Source: Anaerotignum sp. (lineage in GTDB: Bacteria > Bacillota > Clostridia > Lachnospirales > Anaerotignaceae). From it: a stretch of DNA of 64,000 nt. Made by a program: the position numbers and the translations under genes. The notes below the pieces were generated by a model. The model worked only from the letters and a program-made list of their open reading frames with translations. It was not told the origin of the DNA and did not search any database. The stretch covers positions 2,200 to 66,199 of the forward strand of contig JAHHTX010000001.1 in NCBI GenBank assembly GCA_020024255.1, in the 5' to 3' direction. Positions 30,117-40,192 of the stretch are shown here, in pieces; within the stretch, counting starts at the first letter, position 1, and the number at the start of each line of letters is the position of its first letter.

Positions 30117-30152
30117 GGACTCTAAAGCAATTTAGCTAGAGTCCATTTTTTT
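30117..30152 (+). terminator. Intrinsic terminator
   Basis: GGACTCTA..TAGAGTCC followed by ATTTTTTT. Confidence 0.7.
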
Positions 30153-30370
30153 GTGCTTTTGCATAGCAAAACCTTATGCTCCGCTAGGATAAATCCATAC
30201 TTTATACCTATCTACATATCTACATATATCGGACAGGTATCTATTTCCATCTGGTCTTTTGACCTTCAGTCTGGCTTAGACAACTTCATCAAATTTAAAT
30301 CCCCATTCCAATCCAAAAAAAATCACCATATTGTCCATACGATCATATATTGGAAAAAAGGGGTGATTTT

Positions 30371-31639
30371 TTGAAAACAAAATTTATCGTTTCAATTTGT
30401 TTTGGCTGTTTGTGGTTGGCTGTTTCATCGTATTTTGCGGTTGGATGGGCACAGGAAATTTCCGATGTTTTACCTGTGGCTTATGTCTGGTGGGTCATCA
30501 TTGGTATTGCGCTACTGCCGGGATTCTTGATGAGTACCATGTTTTTCTCAAACCTGTTGCACTGGAAATTGAAAAAATTTCCGGACACAGAGGAAGATAC
30601 GACCATCATCATGTGTGCGTACAACGAAGAAAAAGCCATTGCCCAATCAATTCAGGCGATTATCAATCAACAATATAAAGGGCATATCCGCCTGCTTGTT
30701 GTAGATAACGCATCTACTGACCACACCAAACAGCAAATTACAAAGTTGCAATCATCTGCCATGAAGAACTGTTCCATAGAATACGTTTACTGCGGTCAAC
30801 CGGGCAAGGCAAATGCACTGAATGCCGGATTGGACTTGGTTTGCACACCTCATTTTATTACGGTTGATGCGGACACCAGTTTGGAAAAGCAGGCGGTACA
30901 AAAAATCATGAATCACTTGGTGTCTTGCGGCAGAGCTTGTGTTGCGGGAAATCTGTTTGTTCAGAATACAAAACCTTCTCTGATGGCAAAAATGCAAATC
31001 TATGATTATCTGCTTAGTATTGCGGCGATTAAGCGTTTTCAAGGCAGTTATGCGTCAACTTTAGTGGCACAGGGTGCTTTTAGTGCTTATGAGACTGAAG
31101 CGGTTCGTCAAGTTGGTGGGTGGCAGAATGTGCTAGGGGAAGATATTGTACTCACTTATCATCTTCTCCAACAAAAGCTTTCTTCTACTTATGAGCCAAG
31201 GGCAGTGGGCTATACAACTGTTCCGGAAACTTTAAATGGCTTATATAATCAACGAAAGCGGTGGGCAATCGGTATGTTGGAGGGACTATATGCCATTCCC
31301 CCTTGGAAACAGGGCACAGCTTTTTCACGACACTTTACATTCGTGAATTTTTCCATTATTTATCTTGATCTTGCTTTTCTATTTGGATTCATTCCAGGCG
31401 TTATCCTTGCGCTGCTTGGGTATTATTACTTAGCTGGATTTCTCACTCTTCTCATGATAGGTGTTTGTATTTTGCTCTATTTCAGCATATACCTCTATCA
31501 AAAAAGATTGGGAATCCCATTTAAAAACAGCGTTTTGGGATTTGTATGTTTTCTTCTGTTCTTTCAAATAATTCAAAGTACGGCTGCTTTGCATGGCTAT
31601 TTTATCCGCCTTTTACACAGAAAGGGGGAATGGGCATGA
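30371..31639 (+). CDS. Processive family 2 glycosyltransferase (IcaA/PgaC-like)
   Basis: AYNEE, VDNASTD, GKANALN, VDAD, GED, QRKRW; N- and C-terminal TM helices. Confidence 0.88.
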   Translation: MKTKFIVSICFGCLWLAVSSYFAVGWAQEISDVLPVAYVWWVIIGIALLPGFLMSTMFFSNLLHWKLKKFPDTEEDTTIIMCAYNEEKAIAQSIQAIINQQYKGHIRLLVVDNASTDHTKQQITKLQSSAMKNCSIEYVYCGQPGKANALNAGLDLVCTPHFITVDADTSLEKQAVQKIMNHLVSCGRACVAGNLFVQNTKPSLMAKMQIYDYLLSIAAIKRFQGSYASTLVAQGAFSAYETEAVRQVGGWQNVLGEDIVLTYHLLQQKLSSTYEPRAVGYTTVPETLNGLYNQRKRWAIGMLEGLYAIPPWKQGTAFSRHFTFVNFSIIYLDLAFLFGFIPGVILALLGYYYLAGFLTLLMIGVCILLYFSIYLYQKRLGIPFKNSVLGFVCFLLFFQIIQSTAALHGYFIRLLHRKGEWA

Positions 31640-31740
31640 AACGCAAAAGTATCAAAAACATATTATTTGGTATGTGTGTAGCTTTTATCATTGCATTTAT
31701 CGTGGTCAGTCTTTTGACCGGAATTCACAGAGCGTTATAG
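31636..31740 (+). CDS. 34-aa single-TM peptide coupled to the GT2 gene
   Basis: ATGA overlap with GT2 stop, AAGGGGG RBS; MKRKSIKNILFGMCVAFIIAFIVVSLLTGIHRAL. Confidence 0.55.
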   Translation: MKRKSIKNILFGMCVAFIIAFIVVSLLTGIHRAL

Positions 31741-31991
31741 GGAGGCAACTTCACTGCAAATGGATACCACAAAACTTATTTTTCTGATGGAAAACAAATC
31801 GGTTGGAAATGAATTGCGTATAAAAGAGATGGCGGCAAGCACAAACAGTTAAGGTCTGGAAAAGAATTGTTGTTATACGAAAGCCAAGAAATTTTCGTTT
31901 CCCAATAATGCCGAAAACCATGATAGTTGTATGGGTTAAAAGTTCTATGGCGGTGAGTTAGATATAGTAAGGGAGATGCCCATAGATGAAC

Positions 31992-32274
31992 AACCACCCG
32001 CTTAGCGGGTGGTTGTTTCAGACTGCCGAAAAAGTAGTTTTTACTCTTTTTTGAAAATGCGGAAGGGGTTGGGAAACGAAGGGTTTCCCAAATGGAATCC
32101 GCAGTCGGAATTCATTTCCGATGAGGAAAAGCAGAAGTTTCAAGGCTTTTTTGCCATGGGAACTTCTGCTTTATTCTTCTGTCTGCTGGTCAAAGCCTTG
32201 CATGCAATGAGGCTTTGACCAAGGGGGCGACTTTGTCGACACCCTCAAACCACCCGCTTAGCGGGTGGTTGTTT
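31992..32274. mobile_element. MITE-like element (~32018-32247) with 27-bp flanking direct repeats
   Basis: AACCACCCGCTTAGCGGGTGGTTGTTT at 31992-32018 and 32248-32274; imperfect TIRs TCAGACTGCCGAAAAAGT / ACTTTGTCGACACCCTCA; related copy at 44801. Confidence 0.8.
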
Positions 32275-32315
32275 TTGGTTTTATGCGTATATGTTTGCCA
32301 TTTGCACAGGAAATT

Positions 32316-32726
32316 TTACAGGCTCAGTTCTAATTTTTTCCGCATATCCTCGATTTGTGCATCGGTCAAGTCCAGAGGCTGGTATGCGATGGTAATGCCA
32401 TCATCTTCATAACGGGGAATTAGGTGCAGATGGAAATGGAATACAGTCTGTCCTGCAACAGTGCCGTTATTTTGCATGACATTCATGTGGGCAAATCCCA
32501 GTCTTTCTTTCATTATTCTGGCGATTTTTGCGGCTAGGGTAAAGAGTCTTCCTGCTTTTTCAGGGTCGATTTCATAAATATTGGCAACGTGATCCTTTAC
32601 CAATATGAGAACGTGCCCTTCGTTGGCAGGAAAACGATCTAATATTACTTTAAATTCATCGTTTTCATATATGGTGGCAGAGGGCAGTTCGCCGTTTACA
32701 ATTTTACAAAAAATACAATCGCTCAT
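32316..32726 (-). CDS. HIT family hydrolase
   Basis: CIFCKI, GHVL, AGQTVFHFHLHLIPR. Confidence 0.93.
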   Translation of the reverse strand: MSDCIFCKIVNGELPSATIYENDEFKVILDRFPANEGHVLILVKDHVANIYEIDPEKAGRLFTLAAKIARIMKERLGFAHMNVMQNNGTVAGQTVFHFHLHLIPRYEDDGITIAYQPLDLTDAQIEDMRKKLELSL

Positions 32727-32798
32727 GGTGTTCATCCTTTCGTGTCTTTTTCAGAAAAACCTGTTTTTGTCAGTATAACACGAAAAGAGGTTTTTGTA

Positions 32799-33335
32799 TC
32801 AATTTTTAGGGAAATATTTACTGTATACATAGTTTAGACCGCCGATATGGTTCTGTTTGTCTGTGAATAGTTCAAAAATCAGGTCACGCAGTTCCGGTAC
32901 AGATATGGCAAGGAAAAGATTGCGATAGAAATTACTCAAATCCAGTTCCTTTAATAAAGTCTGCTCCAAATATTTTTCTGCATTGATTTCTTCGTTGTTT
33001 TGCGTAGGATTTTTTATTTCCGGGGATTCCATATTTTCCCCCATAACGGAAAAGAAAATTTCCTGAATACGTTTTTTGCCCTTTTGTTCGTCCAGCATCA
33101 TGGTTTTTAAAGCAGGGGCGGCGGAAAGCAAAGGATAGGCATTGGAAAGACGGTTATAACGCTGTTCCATTTCCCCTGTTTCTGTCAAAGCGAGATCAAG
33201 AATTTCCAAGAATTTCTCGTCTTTTGCCAGCTCTGCAAGGGAGGCATCGCCGTTTTCTCTTGTTGAAAGATTTTCTTTTTGTGCAGCATTTTTTTGTTTA
33301 CCTGTGGCATTATGATGGTAATTATATGGGTACAT
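32799..33335 (-). CDS. Hypothetical protein, ferritin-like helical pattern, possibly sporulation-associated
   Basis: AAGGAG RBS; E/Y..DE and KE..FY..DKQNH spacing; upstream CATAGAAT (33396-33403) resembles a mother-cell -10. Confidence 0.6.
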   Translation of the reverse strand: MYPYNYHHNATGKQKNAAQKENLSTRENGDASLAELAKDEKFLEILDLALTETGEMEQRYNRLSNAYPLLSAAPALKTMMLDEQKGKKRIQEIFFSVMGENMESPEIKNPTQNNEEINAEKYLEQTLLKELDLSNFYRNLFLAISVPELRDLIFELFTDKQNHIGGLNYVYSKYFPKN

Positions 33336-33583
33336 AGGGTATCTTCTCCTTTTTTAGGAATCTGTCTTAGCAGAAAATTCCTTTTGTTTTCTTTCATTCT
33401 ATGCAGGAGGGATTATATTCTTGCCTGTATCTTTTTGTATATTTCCATGGGCAGCTTTTTTGTAAAAAAGGATAGGAAAAGTATAGAAGACAGAGGATTT
33501 TTCTGCTATGATAAAAAAATAAAGTGGTTTGGGGAGAATAGGGACATCTTTCCAAGGATACAATGATATGAGGTGACATAAAA

Positions 33584-34654
33584 ATGAAGAAAATTGTATT
33601 AACCGGTGGCGGTACTGCTGGTCATGTAACACCAAATCTTGCGCTCTTACCCCTTTTACGGGAACAGGGTTTTGAGGTAATATATATTGGTTCGGAAACA
33701 GGCATTGAAAAAAAACTCATTGAGGCAGAAGGCATACCCTATTACAGCATTTCTACGGGAAAGCTGAGAAGATACTTGTCGAAAGAAAATATCAGCGATA
33801 TGTTTCGGGTGGTCAAAGGGGTGCATGAAGCAGGAAAATTGCTAAAGGAACTGAAACCTGACCTTGTTTTTTCCAAAGGTGGATTTGTGGCTGTACCTGT
33901 GGTTTTGGGAGCCAAAAAAAACAAAATTCCTGTGATTATCCATGAATCGGATATTACACCGGGACTTGCCAATAAAATTGCCATGCCTTTTGCAAAAACT
34001 GTTTGTACCACATTTCCTGAAACCTTGCAGTATATCCCCAAAGGAAAAGGGGTGCATACAGGAACACCTATCCGTAAAGAGCTTTTTCTTGGCAGCAAAG
34101 AAAAAGGGCTTGCCTTATGTGGATTTTCCGGGAAAAAGCCTGTTATTATGCTTATGGGCGGTTCTTTGGGTGCAGTAAAGCTGAATGTGTGCCTACGGGA
34201 GATTCTACCGTCTTTGTTAAAGGATTTTGATGTCATTCATCTTTGCGGAAAAGGACATTTGGACGATGCACGAAAAGGGCAGGAGGGGTATTGTCAGTTT
34301 GAATATGTATCGGAAGGACTTTCCGACCTTTTTGCGGCGGCAGATGTGTTGATTTCCCGTGCAGGAAGCAACTCTATTTCCGAGTTTCTGGCATTGAAAA
34401 AACCCCACCTTCTGATTCCCCTTTCTGCAAAAGCCAGCAGAGGCGACCAGATTTTAAATGCAAAATCTTTTGCAAAGCAGGGATTTGCAGAAGTTTTGCA
34501 GGAAGAGGAGATGACAGGAAAGACACTGGAAGACAAAGTCAGAAAGCTCTATGCAGAACGGGAACGGTATATTCATGCCATGGACGGTGGTGGCAAACAG
34601 TCTGGCGTAGATGCGGTGATGGCTGAAATCGGCAAAATCATCAGAAAGGAATAA
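33584..34654 (+). CDS. murG: Lipid I N-acetylglucosaminyltransferase MurG
   Basis: TGGGTAGHV, KGGFV, IHESD, GGSLGA, SRAG, DQILNA. Confidence 0.95.
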   Translation: MKKIVLTGGGTAGHVTPNLALLPLLREQGFEVIYIGSETGIEKKLIEAEGIPYYSISTGKLRRYLSKENISDMFRVVKGVHEAGKLLKELKPDLVFSKGGFVAVPVVLGAKKNKIPVIIHESDITPGLANKIAMPFAKTVCTTFPETLQYIPKGKGVHTGTPIRKELFLGSKEKGLALCGFSGKKPVIMLMGGSLGAVKLNVCLREILPSLLKDFDVIHLCGKGHLDDARKGQEGYCQFEYVSEGLSDLFAAADVLISRAGSNSISEFLALKKPHLLIPLSAKASRGDQILNAKSFAKQGFAEVLQEEEMTGKTLEDKVRKLYAERERYIHAMDGGGKQSGVDAVMAEIGKIIRKE

Positions 34655-34798
34655 AAAACATGAGTGTTTTTTAGATTTCGTAAGGAAGAATTAAGAATTT
34701 AGGAATTGACATGATTTTGGGAAAGGCATACAATGAGGTACAGACCTTTATGAAACAGATAAAAAATAAACACAATATGCAGGAGGCATGATGGATTT

Positions 34799-35599
34799 AT
34801 GAAAAAATATATGGCTTTGGTATTGGCTGGCATATTGACACTGGCAGTGGCAGGTTGTGGTGCAGAACAGACAGAAACCAAAGAGGACACACAAACAACA
34901 GCACAGACACAAGAAAAAACAGAAAACCCTGATGTTTTGCAGTCCATGAAGCCGGAAAAAGGTGAGGAAATTGCGGTGATTACCACTTCCGAAGGAGTCA
35001 TCAAGCTGCGTCTTTATCCCGAAGAAGCACCGAAGGCGGTGGAGAACTTTAAAACATTGGCAAAAGACGGTTACTATAACGGCATTATTTTCCACCGTGT
35101 AATCAAAGATTTCATGATTCAGACAGGCGACCCTACAGGTACAGGTACGGGAGGTGAAAGCTGCTGGGGAGAGGATTTTGAAGACGAAGTTTCTCCAAAT
35201 CTGCACTTCTATGATGGTGCAGTGGCTATGGCAAACAGAGGACCCAATACAAACGGCAGCCAGTTTTTCATTGTACAGAATGAGGCAGCACCCAAAGAAT
35301 ATCTGGACGCTTTACAGGAAGCAAAAGATGGCAGCAAAGAATTGGGGATTACCTTAAAAGATACTTTCTATAGTATACAAGACCTATTCCCTGACAGTGT
35401 TATGAACTATTATAAAGAGCATGGCGGTACACCTCATTTGGAATATGTTTTTGGCAATCCCTATACCATTTTTGGACAGGTAATGGAGGGCATGGACACA
35501 GTGAAAGCCATTGCAGGTGTACAGACCGATGACAATGCAAAGCCAAAAAAAGATATTGTCATTGAAAACATTTCTTTTGAAGCCTATGGAGAAAAATAA
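34799..35599 (+). CDS. Cyclophilin-type peptidyl-prolyl isomerase lipoprotein
   Basis: Lipobox VAGC; FHRVIKDFMIQTGDP, MANRGPNTNGSQFFI. Confidence 0.93.
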   Translation: MKKYMALVLAGILTLAVAGCGAEQTETKEDTQTTAQTQEKTENPDVLQSMKPEKGEEIAVITTSEGVIKLRLYPEEAPKAVENFKTLAKDGYYNGIIFHRVIKDFMIQTGDPTGTGTGGESCWGEDFEDEVSPNLHFYDGAVAMANRGPNTNGSQFFIVQNEAAPKEYLDALQEAKDGSKELGITLKDTFYSIQDLFPDSVMNYYKEHGGTPHLEYVFGNPYTIFGQVMEGMDTVKAIAGVQTDDNAKPKKDIVIENISFEAYGEK

Positions 35600-35623
35600 A
35601 AATAAGGAAAGGATTAAACGAGA

Positions 35624-36118
35624 ATGAGAAAACCGAAATTCATGGTAATGGCGGTACTTTGTGTAGCAATGCTTGCAGGATGTCAAAGCAAAGAGCCTGT
35701 AGAAACAAAAGATGTTTCCTACGAACTGACTTTCCGCAATGACACGGGAGTGGATATTTCTACCCTATGTCTGCGTCCTGCTGTGGATAACTACAAATGG
35801 ACAGCAAATCTTTTGCAGGAGGAAGTTTGGAAAAACGGCAATGATGTTCCCATAGAACTGACAGGAAAGATTCCGGTAACAGACAAAGGCTGGGAAGTGA
35901 AGGTGACTTTTGCAAATGGCGAAGACAAGGACGCAGAGCATATTTGGGAAGGGGTACAAATTGCCGATGATGCAGAAATTTCTTTTACCATGAAGGATGC
36001 TGCTACGTTGGCAGATGATAAGCCAGATGAAGAGAATGACACAAAAGAAGATATAGAAGATGAAATAGAGGATATAGAGGATATAGATACAGAGGAAGTA
36101 TCCACGAAAGTGGAGTGA
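35624..36118 (+). CDS. Hypothetical lipoprotein with acidic tail
   Basis: Lipobox LAGC; D/E-rich C-terminus. Confidence 0.75.
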   Translation: MRKPKFMVMAVLCVAMLAGCQSKEPVETKDVSYELTFRNDTGVDISTLCLRPAVDNYKWTANLLQEEVWKNGNDVPIELTGKIPVTDKGWEVKVTFANGEDKDAEHIWEGVQIADDAEISFTMKDAATLADDKPDEENDTKEDIEDEIEDIEDIDTEEVSTKVE

Positions 36119-36124
36119 TGGGAG

Positions 36125-36169
36125 AAACAGTCTTTTCGTGGTGATACCTGCAAAGAGACTGTTTTTTTT
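36125..36169 (+). terminator. Intrinsic terminator
   Basis: AAACAGTCTTTT..AAAGAGACTGTTT plus T-run. Confidence 0.75.
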
Positions 36170-36306
36170 CTTGGTTTTTGCGACAGATGGCATGGAATTG
36201 CTATTTTTTGTTGCAAATAAACTGAAATTATATTATCATTTCAGAGAGTACATATTTTAATCATTAAGATAAACAGCAAAATGAAAGATTAAGGAGAGAA
36301 TGAAAA

Positions 36307-36807
36307 ATGAGTTTATATGCAAGCTGGATGGAAAAGGCGTTTTCAAAAGAAGGTAAGAGTGTAGAGGCTGTTTGGGACGAATATCTGCCCAAGGAACAGA
36401 AAATCTATGAATATATGATTGGACAGAAAGTAAATAAGGTAGAAGGCAGCGTGAAGGAACTGGCAGACCGTTTTGCTATGTCAACAGAAGAAATTGTTGC
36501 ATTCATTGACGGCATCAACGATGTACTGCCTGAACCTTATACCATGGACGAGCTGACAGAAGAATCTGCCATTGTATTGGAATTTGAATTTGAGGCATTG
36601 TTCAAAAAAATGGTGGAATACCATGCAGAACATCTTTATAACCTGCCCCAGTGGAACGGCATTTTTACAGAAGACGAAAGAAGAAAATTGACACTGGAGC
36701 AGAAACGTTCCCGCACAATCGTAAAGGGTGCAAAAATCGGACGTAATGACCCTTGTCCCTGCGGAAGCGGTAAAAAATACAAAAAGTGCTGCGGTGCAAA
36801 CCTGTAA
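36307..36807 (+). CDS. SEC-C metal-binding domain protein
   Basis: [21 protein letters not shown] at the C-terminus of a short conserved Clostridia protein. Confidence 0.9.
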   Translation: MSLYASWMEKAFSKEGKSVEAVWDEYLPKEQKIYEYMIGQKVNKVEGSVKELADRFAMSTEEIVAFIDGINDVLPEPYTMDELTEESAIVLEFEFEALFKKMVEYHAEHLYNLPQWNGIFTEDERRKLTLEQKRSRTIVKGAKIGRNDPCPCGSGKKYKKCCGANL

Positions 36808-36811
36808 GCAA

Positions 36812-37867
36812 ATGAACACGATGGTATACTATACAGATGCGGCTGCGTCCGACAGGGAAGGTATCGAAAAAGGGGCGGAAATTCTCCGAAAAGGCGGTCT
36901 TGTGGCATTTCCCACGGAAACGGTTTATGGTCTTGGTGCAAACGGTTTTGATGGGGAAGCCTGCAAGCGGATTTATGAAGCGAAGGGCAGACCCTCTGAC
37001 AACCCTCTGATTCTGCATATCTCCCAAATCAATGAGCTGCATCTTATTGTTCGGGAAATTCCGCCTGTGGCAAAGAAACTTATGGATGCTTTTTGGCCCG
37101 GACCTTTGACCATGATTTTTTTGAAATCCAACAAAGTGCCAAAGGAAGTAACAGGAGAATTGGATACTGTTGCGGTCAGATTTCCTTCTCATCCTGTTGC
37201 CATGGCACTAATTCGAGAGGCTGGACTTCCCATTGCAGCACCCAGTGCCAACACATCTGGAAGACCAAGCCCCACAAGGGCAGCTCATGTAGCCCACGAT
37301 TTAAGTGGGAAAATTGATATGATACTGGATGGCGGCAGTGCAGAATGGGGATTGGAGTCTACCATTGTAGATGTTTCTGTCACACCGCCCATGATTCTCC
37401 GTCCCGGTGCAGTAACAAAAGAGATGCTGGAGCAAGTTGTGGGCAATGTGGGGATAGACCCTGCAATATGGGAAAAACCTACAGCAGAACTTCGCCCTAA
37501 AGCTCCTGGCATGAAGTATACCCACTATTCTCCGAAAGCCGAAGTCTATTTGGTGCAGGGGAGTAGAGAAGCTGTAACGGAAAAAATCAATGCTCTGGCG
37601 GTACAAGACCAAAGAGCAGGAAAAAAAGTGGGCGTTTTGGCTACAGAAGAAAGCAAAGACGGCTATAATGCAGATGTGGTATTATCCGCAGGAAGCCGTA
37701 GCTGTTTGGAAGAAATTGGTGCAAATCTTTTTCGGGTGTTGCGTCAGTTTGATGAAGTAGACATAGACGTGGTATATGCGGAAACATTTCCCTTTGAAGG
37801 GGAAGGCATGGCGATTATGAATCGTCTGCAAAAATCCGCAGGCTACCGTATGATAAAAGCGGAATAG
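36812..37867 (+). CDS. tsaC: L-threonylcarbamoyladenylate synthase (Sua5)
   Basis: [40 protein letters not shown]. Confidence 0.95.
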   Translation: MNTMVYYTDAAASDREGIEKGAEILRKGGLVAFPTETVYGLGANGFDGEACKRIYEAKGRPSDNPLILHISQINELHLIVREIPPVAKKLMDAFWPGPLTMIFLKSNKVPKEVTGELDTVAVRFPSHPVAMALIREAGLPIAAPSANTSGRPSPTRAAHVAHDLSGKIDMILDGGSAEWGLESTIVDVSVTPPMILRPGAVTKEMLEQVVGNVGIDPAIWEKPTAELRPKAPGMKYTHYSPKAEVYLVQGSREAVTEKINALAVQDQRAGKKVGVLATEESKDGYNADVVLSAGSRSCLEEIGANLFRVLRQFDEVDIDVVYAETFPFEGEGMAIMNRLQKSAGYRMIKAE

Positions 37868-37882
37868 AAATACAGAAAAGGA

Positions 37883-38320
37883 GTGAATAACATGATAGGA
37901 CTGGGTTGTGACCACGGCGGTTATCCTCTGATGAAAGAGGTCATTGCGTATTTGGATGCACAGAAAATACCTTATGAAAATTTCGGTACGTTCTCCGAAG
38001 AATCTGTGGATTATCCTGAATATGCCAAGAAGGTTGCTCATGCTGTGGCAGATGGAAAGTGCGATAAGGGTATTTTGATTTGCGGTACAGGCATTGGCAT
38101 TTCCATTGCAGCAAACAAGGTTAAGGGAATTCGTGCGGCACTTTGTGGCGATGTATTTTCTGCAAAAGCAACAAGAGAGCATAATGATGCCAATATTCTT
38201 GCTATGGGTGCAAGAGTTATCGGTGCAGGCTTGGCATTGGAAATTGTAAAGGCGTTTTTGGAAACACCTTTTTCCAATGATGAACGTCATATTAGAAGAA
38301 TTAAACAGATTGAGGACTGA
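37883..38320 (+). CDS. rpiB: Ribose 5-phosphate isomerase B
   Basis: GCDHGG, DYP, CGTGIG, HNDANIL, RHIRR. Confidence 0.95.
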   Translation: MNNMIGLGCDHGGYPLMKEVIAYLDAQKIPYENFGTFSEESVDYPEYAKKVAHAVADGKCDKGILICGTGIGISIAANKVKGIRAALCGDVFSAKATREHNDANILAMGARVIGAGLALEIVKAFLETPFSNDERHIRRIKQIED

Positions 38321-38335
38321 GAAGGGACGGAAGAT

Positions 38336-38962
38336 ATGAGTAAATTATTTGTTTCAGAGCATCCTCTCATTAAAAGCAAAATGGCAATGCTGCGGAATAA
38401 AGAAACAGGCTCCAAGGAGTTTCGTGAAATTATCGGAGAAGTTGCCATGCTGCTCTCTTATGAAGCGACCAGAGATTTGCCCTTGAAAGAGGTAGAAGTG
38501 GAAACACCAGTGGATTTGGCACATTGTGAAGTCATTGATACAAAGCTCGCTATTGTACCGATTCTGCGTGCAGGTATTGGCATGACAGAAGGACTGCTGA
38601 ATTTGATGCCTACAGCAAAAATCGGGCATATCGGTTTGTATCGTGACCCTGATACATTAAATCCTGTAGAATATTACTGCAAGCTGCCTGCAGATGTGGA
38701 GGAGAGAACAGTCTTTTTGACAGACCCTATGTTGGCAACAGGCGGTACAGCAGATGCAGCCATTGGTTTTTTGAAGGATAGGGGCGTAAAAAAGATTATT
38801 TTCCTTTGTATTCTTGCAGCACCCGATGGGGTAAAAAGAGTGCAGGAAGCACATCCCGATATAGATATTTATGCGGCGGCATATGACAACAAGCTGAATG
38901 ACCATGGATACATTGTGCCCGGTCTTGGCGATGCAGGCGACCGTATTTTTGGTACGAAATAA
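38336..38962 (+). CDS. upp: Uracil phosphoribosyltransferase
   Basis: [26 protein letters not shown]. Confidence 0.97.
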   Translation: MSKLFVSEHPLIKSKMAMLRNKETGSKEFREIIGEVAMLLSYEATRDLPLKEVEVETPVDLAHCEVIDTKLAIVPILRAGIGMTEGLLNLMPTAKIGHIGLYRDPDTLNPVEYYCKLPADVEERTVFLTDPMLATGGTADAAIGFLKDRGVKKIIFLCILAAPDGVKRVQEAHPDIDIYAAAYDNKLNDHGYIVPGLGDAGDRIFGTK

Positions 38963-39027
38963 GGATTTGTTTTCTTGCAGGTTCCCAAAAGACGGCTTTA
39001 TGGCGGGAACGGTTAGGAGAGGATTTT

Positions 39028-40059
39028 TTGATAGAGCATAATTGGTTATTATATATTGCGGCTTTTGCCAGTGCTTTTGCCATTACTTTAGTCACAACAC
39101 CCTTTGCAAAATGGGTGTCTGTGAAGGCAGGTGCTATTGACTATCCCAAAGATAGAGGGGTGCATAAAAAGCCTATGCCCCGTATGGGTGGTGTTGCCAT
39201 TATTCTGGGCTTTTTGATTACGGTTTTGATGGTATATTATTTTGACCGCAGTATGAGCAGCAGACAGTTTGTGGGATTTATCATTGGCGCACTGATAATT
39301 GCAGGTTTGGGTGTTGTGGACGATATCAAGAATTTACCGGCTAAGCTGAAATTTTGTGTGCAGATTGTGGCAGCACTGATTGTCATTTTTTCCGGTACGC
39401 AGATACAGGTGGTATTATGGCCTGTGACGGCGGCACTACAAAAATTCAGTATACCCATTACCTTGATTTGGATTGTAGGCGTGACCAATGCAGTCAATCT
39501 TATTGACGGTTTGGACGGTCTGGCAGCAGGGGTAACGGGCATTGGGGCATTAAGCCTCATGGTGCTTTGTATTATGACAGGGAGCACAACGGCGGTGGTA
39601 CTGACGGCGGCTCTTGCAGGGGCTTGTCTTGGATTTTTGCCAAGAAATTTTAATCCGGCAGAAATTTTCATGGGAGATACCGGTTCTACTTTTTTGGGAT
39701 TTGTGGTAGCTGTCACCAGTATCCTTGGTGTGTTTAAAGGCTATGCGTTACTTGCAATGTGTGTCAGTGTTCTTTGTATTGGCCTTCCTGTTTTTGATAC
39801 AATTTTTGCTATGCTTCGCCGCATGGCAAAACATCAGCCTATTATGCAGGCAGACAGAGGACATTTGCATCACCGTCTTATTGATCATGGGTTATCCCAA
39901 AAGCAAGCAGTTTTGACCATGTATGCCATCAGTATGTGCTTGGGACTTCTGGCAATTTTTATTTCTGTAAAAAATTCCGGTACATTTGTGGTTGCACTTT
40001 TGATGGTTATTATCATGAGTTTTATTATTTATTATTTTAATGCACATAATAATAAATAA
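39028..40059 (+). CDS. Undecaprenyl-phosphate GlcNAc-1-phosphate transferase (TagO/WecA)
   Basis: PRMGG, DD, NAVNLIDGLDGLA, NPAEIFMGDTGS, HLHH. Confidence 0.92.
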   Translation: MIEHNWLLYIAAFASAFAITLVTTPFAKWVSVKAGAIDYPKDRGVHKKPMPRMGGVAIILGFLITVLMVYYFDRSMSSRQFVGFIIGALIIAGLGVVDDIKNLPAKLKFCVQIVAALIVIFSGTQIQVVLWPVTAALQKFSIPITLIWIVGVTNAVNLIDGLDGLAAGVTGIGALSLMVLCIMTGSTTAVVLTAALAGACLGFLPRNFNPAEIFMGDTGSTFLGFVVAVTSILGVFKGYALLAMCVSVLCIGLPVFDTIFAMLRRMAKHQPIMQADRGHLHHRLIDHGLSQKQAVLTMYAISMCLGLLAIFISVKNSGTFVVALLMVIIMSFIIYYFNAHNNK

Positions 40060-40192
40060 AAAAATAGAAGAAAAGAGGATGTCAGCTTTTGCGGCATCTT
40101 TTTTCTGTTTGCCCCTTTCTTGTGCAAAGGGGTGTTTTGTAGTATAATCAAGGGCATTAAAAACAGTCACAAAGAAGAAAAGGGGGAGAAAT

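Noticed and set aside
31745..31980. Broken reading frame after the GT2 micro-ORF
   Set aside because: No recognisable homology; cannot support a pseudogene call
31992..32274. Two identical 27-bp palindromic repeats as a mini-CRISPR
   Set aside because: Only two repeats, a ~229-bp interval with TIRs, and no cas genes; better explained as a target-site duplication
36046..36090. GA(A/G)GATATA-type short repeats
   Set aside because: Simply encode the acidic EDI tail of a lipoprotein
36307..36807. SEC-C protein as a secA fragment
   Set aside because: Intact stand-alone small protein with its own RBS, common in Clostridia
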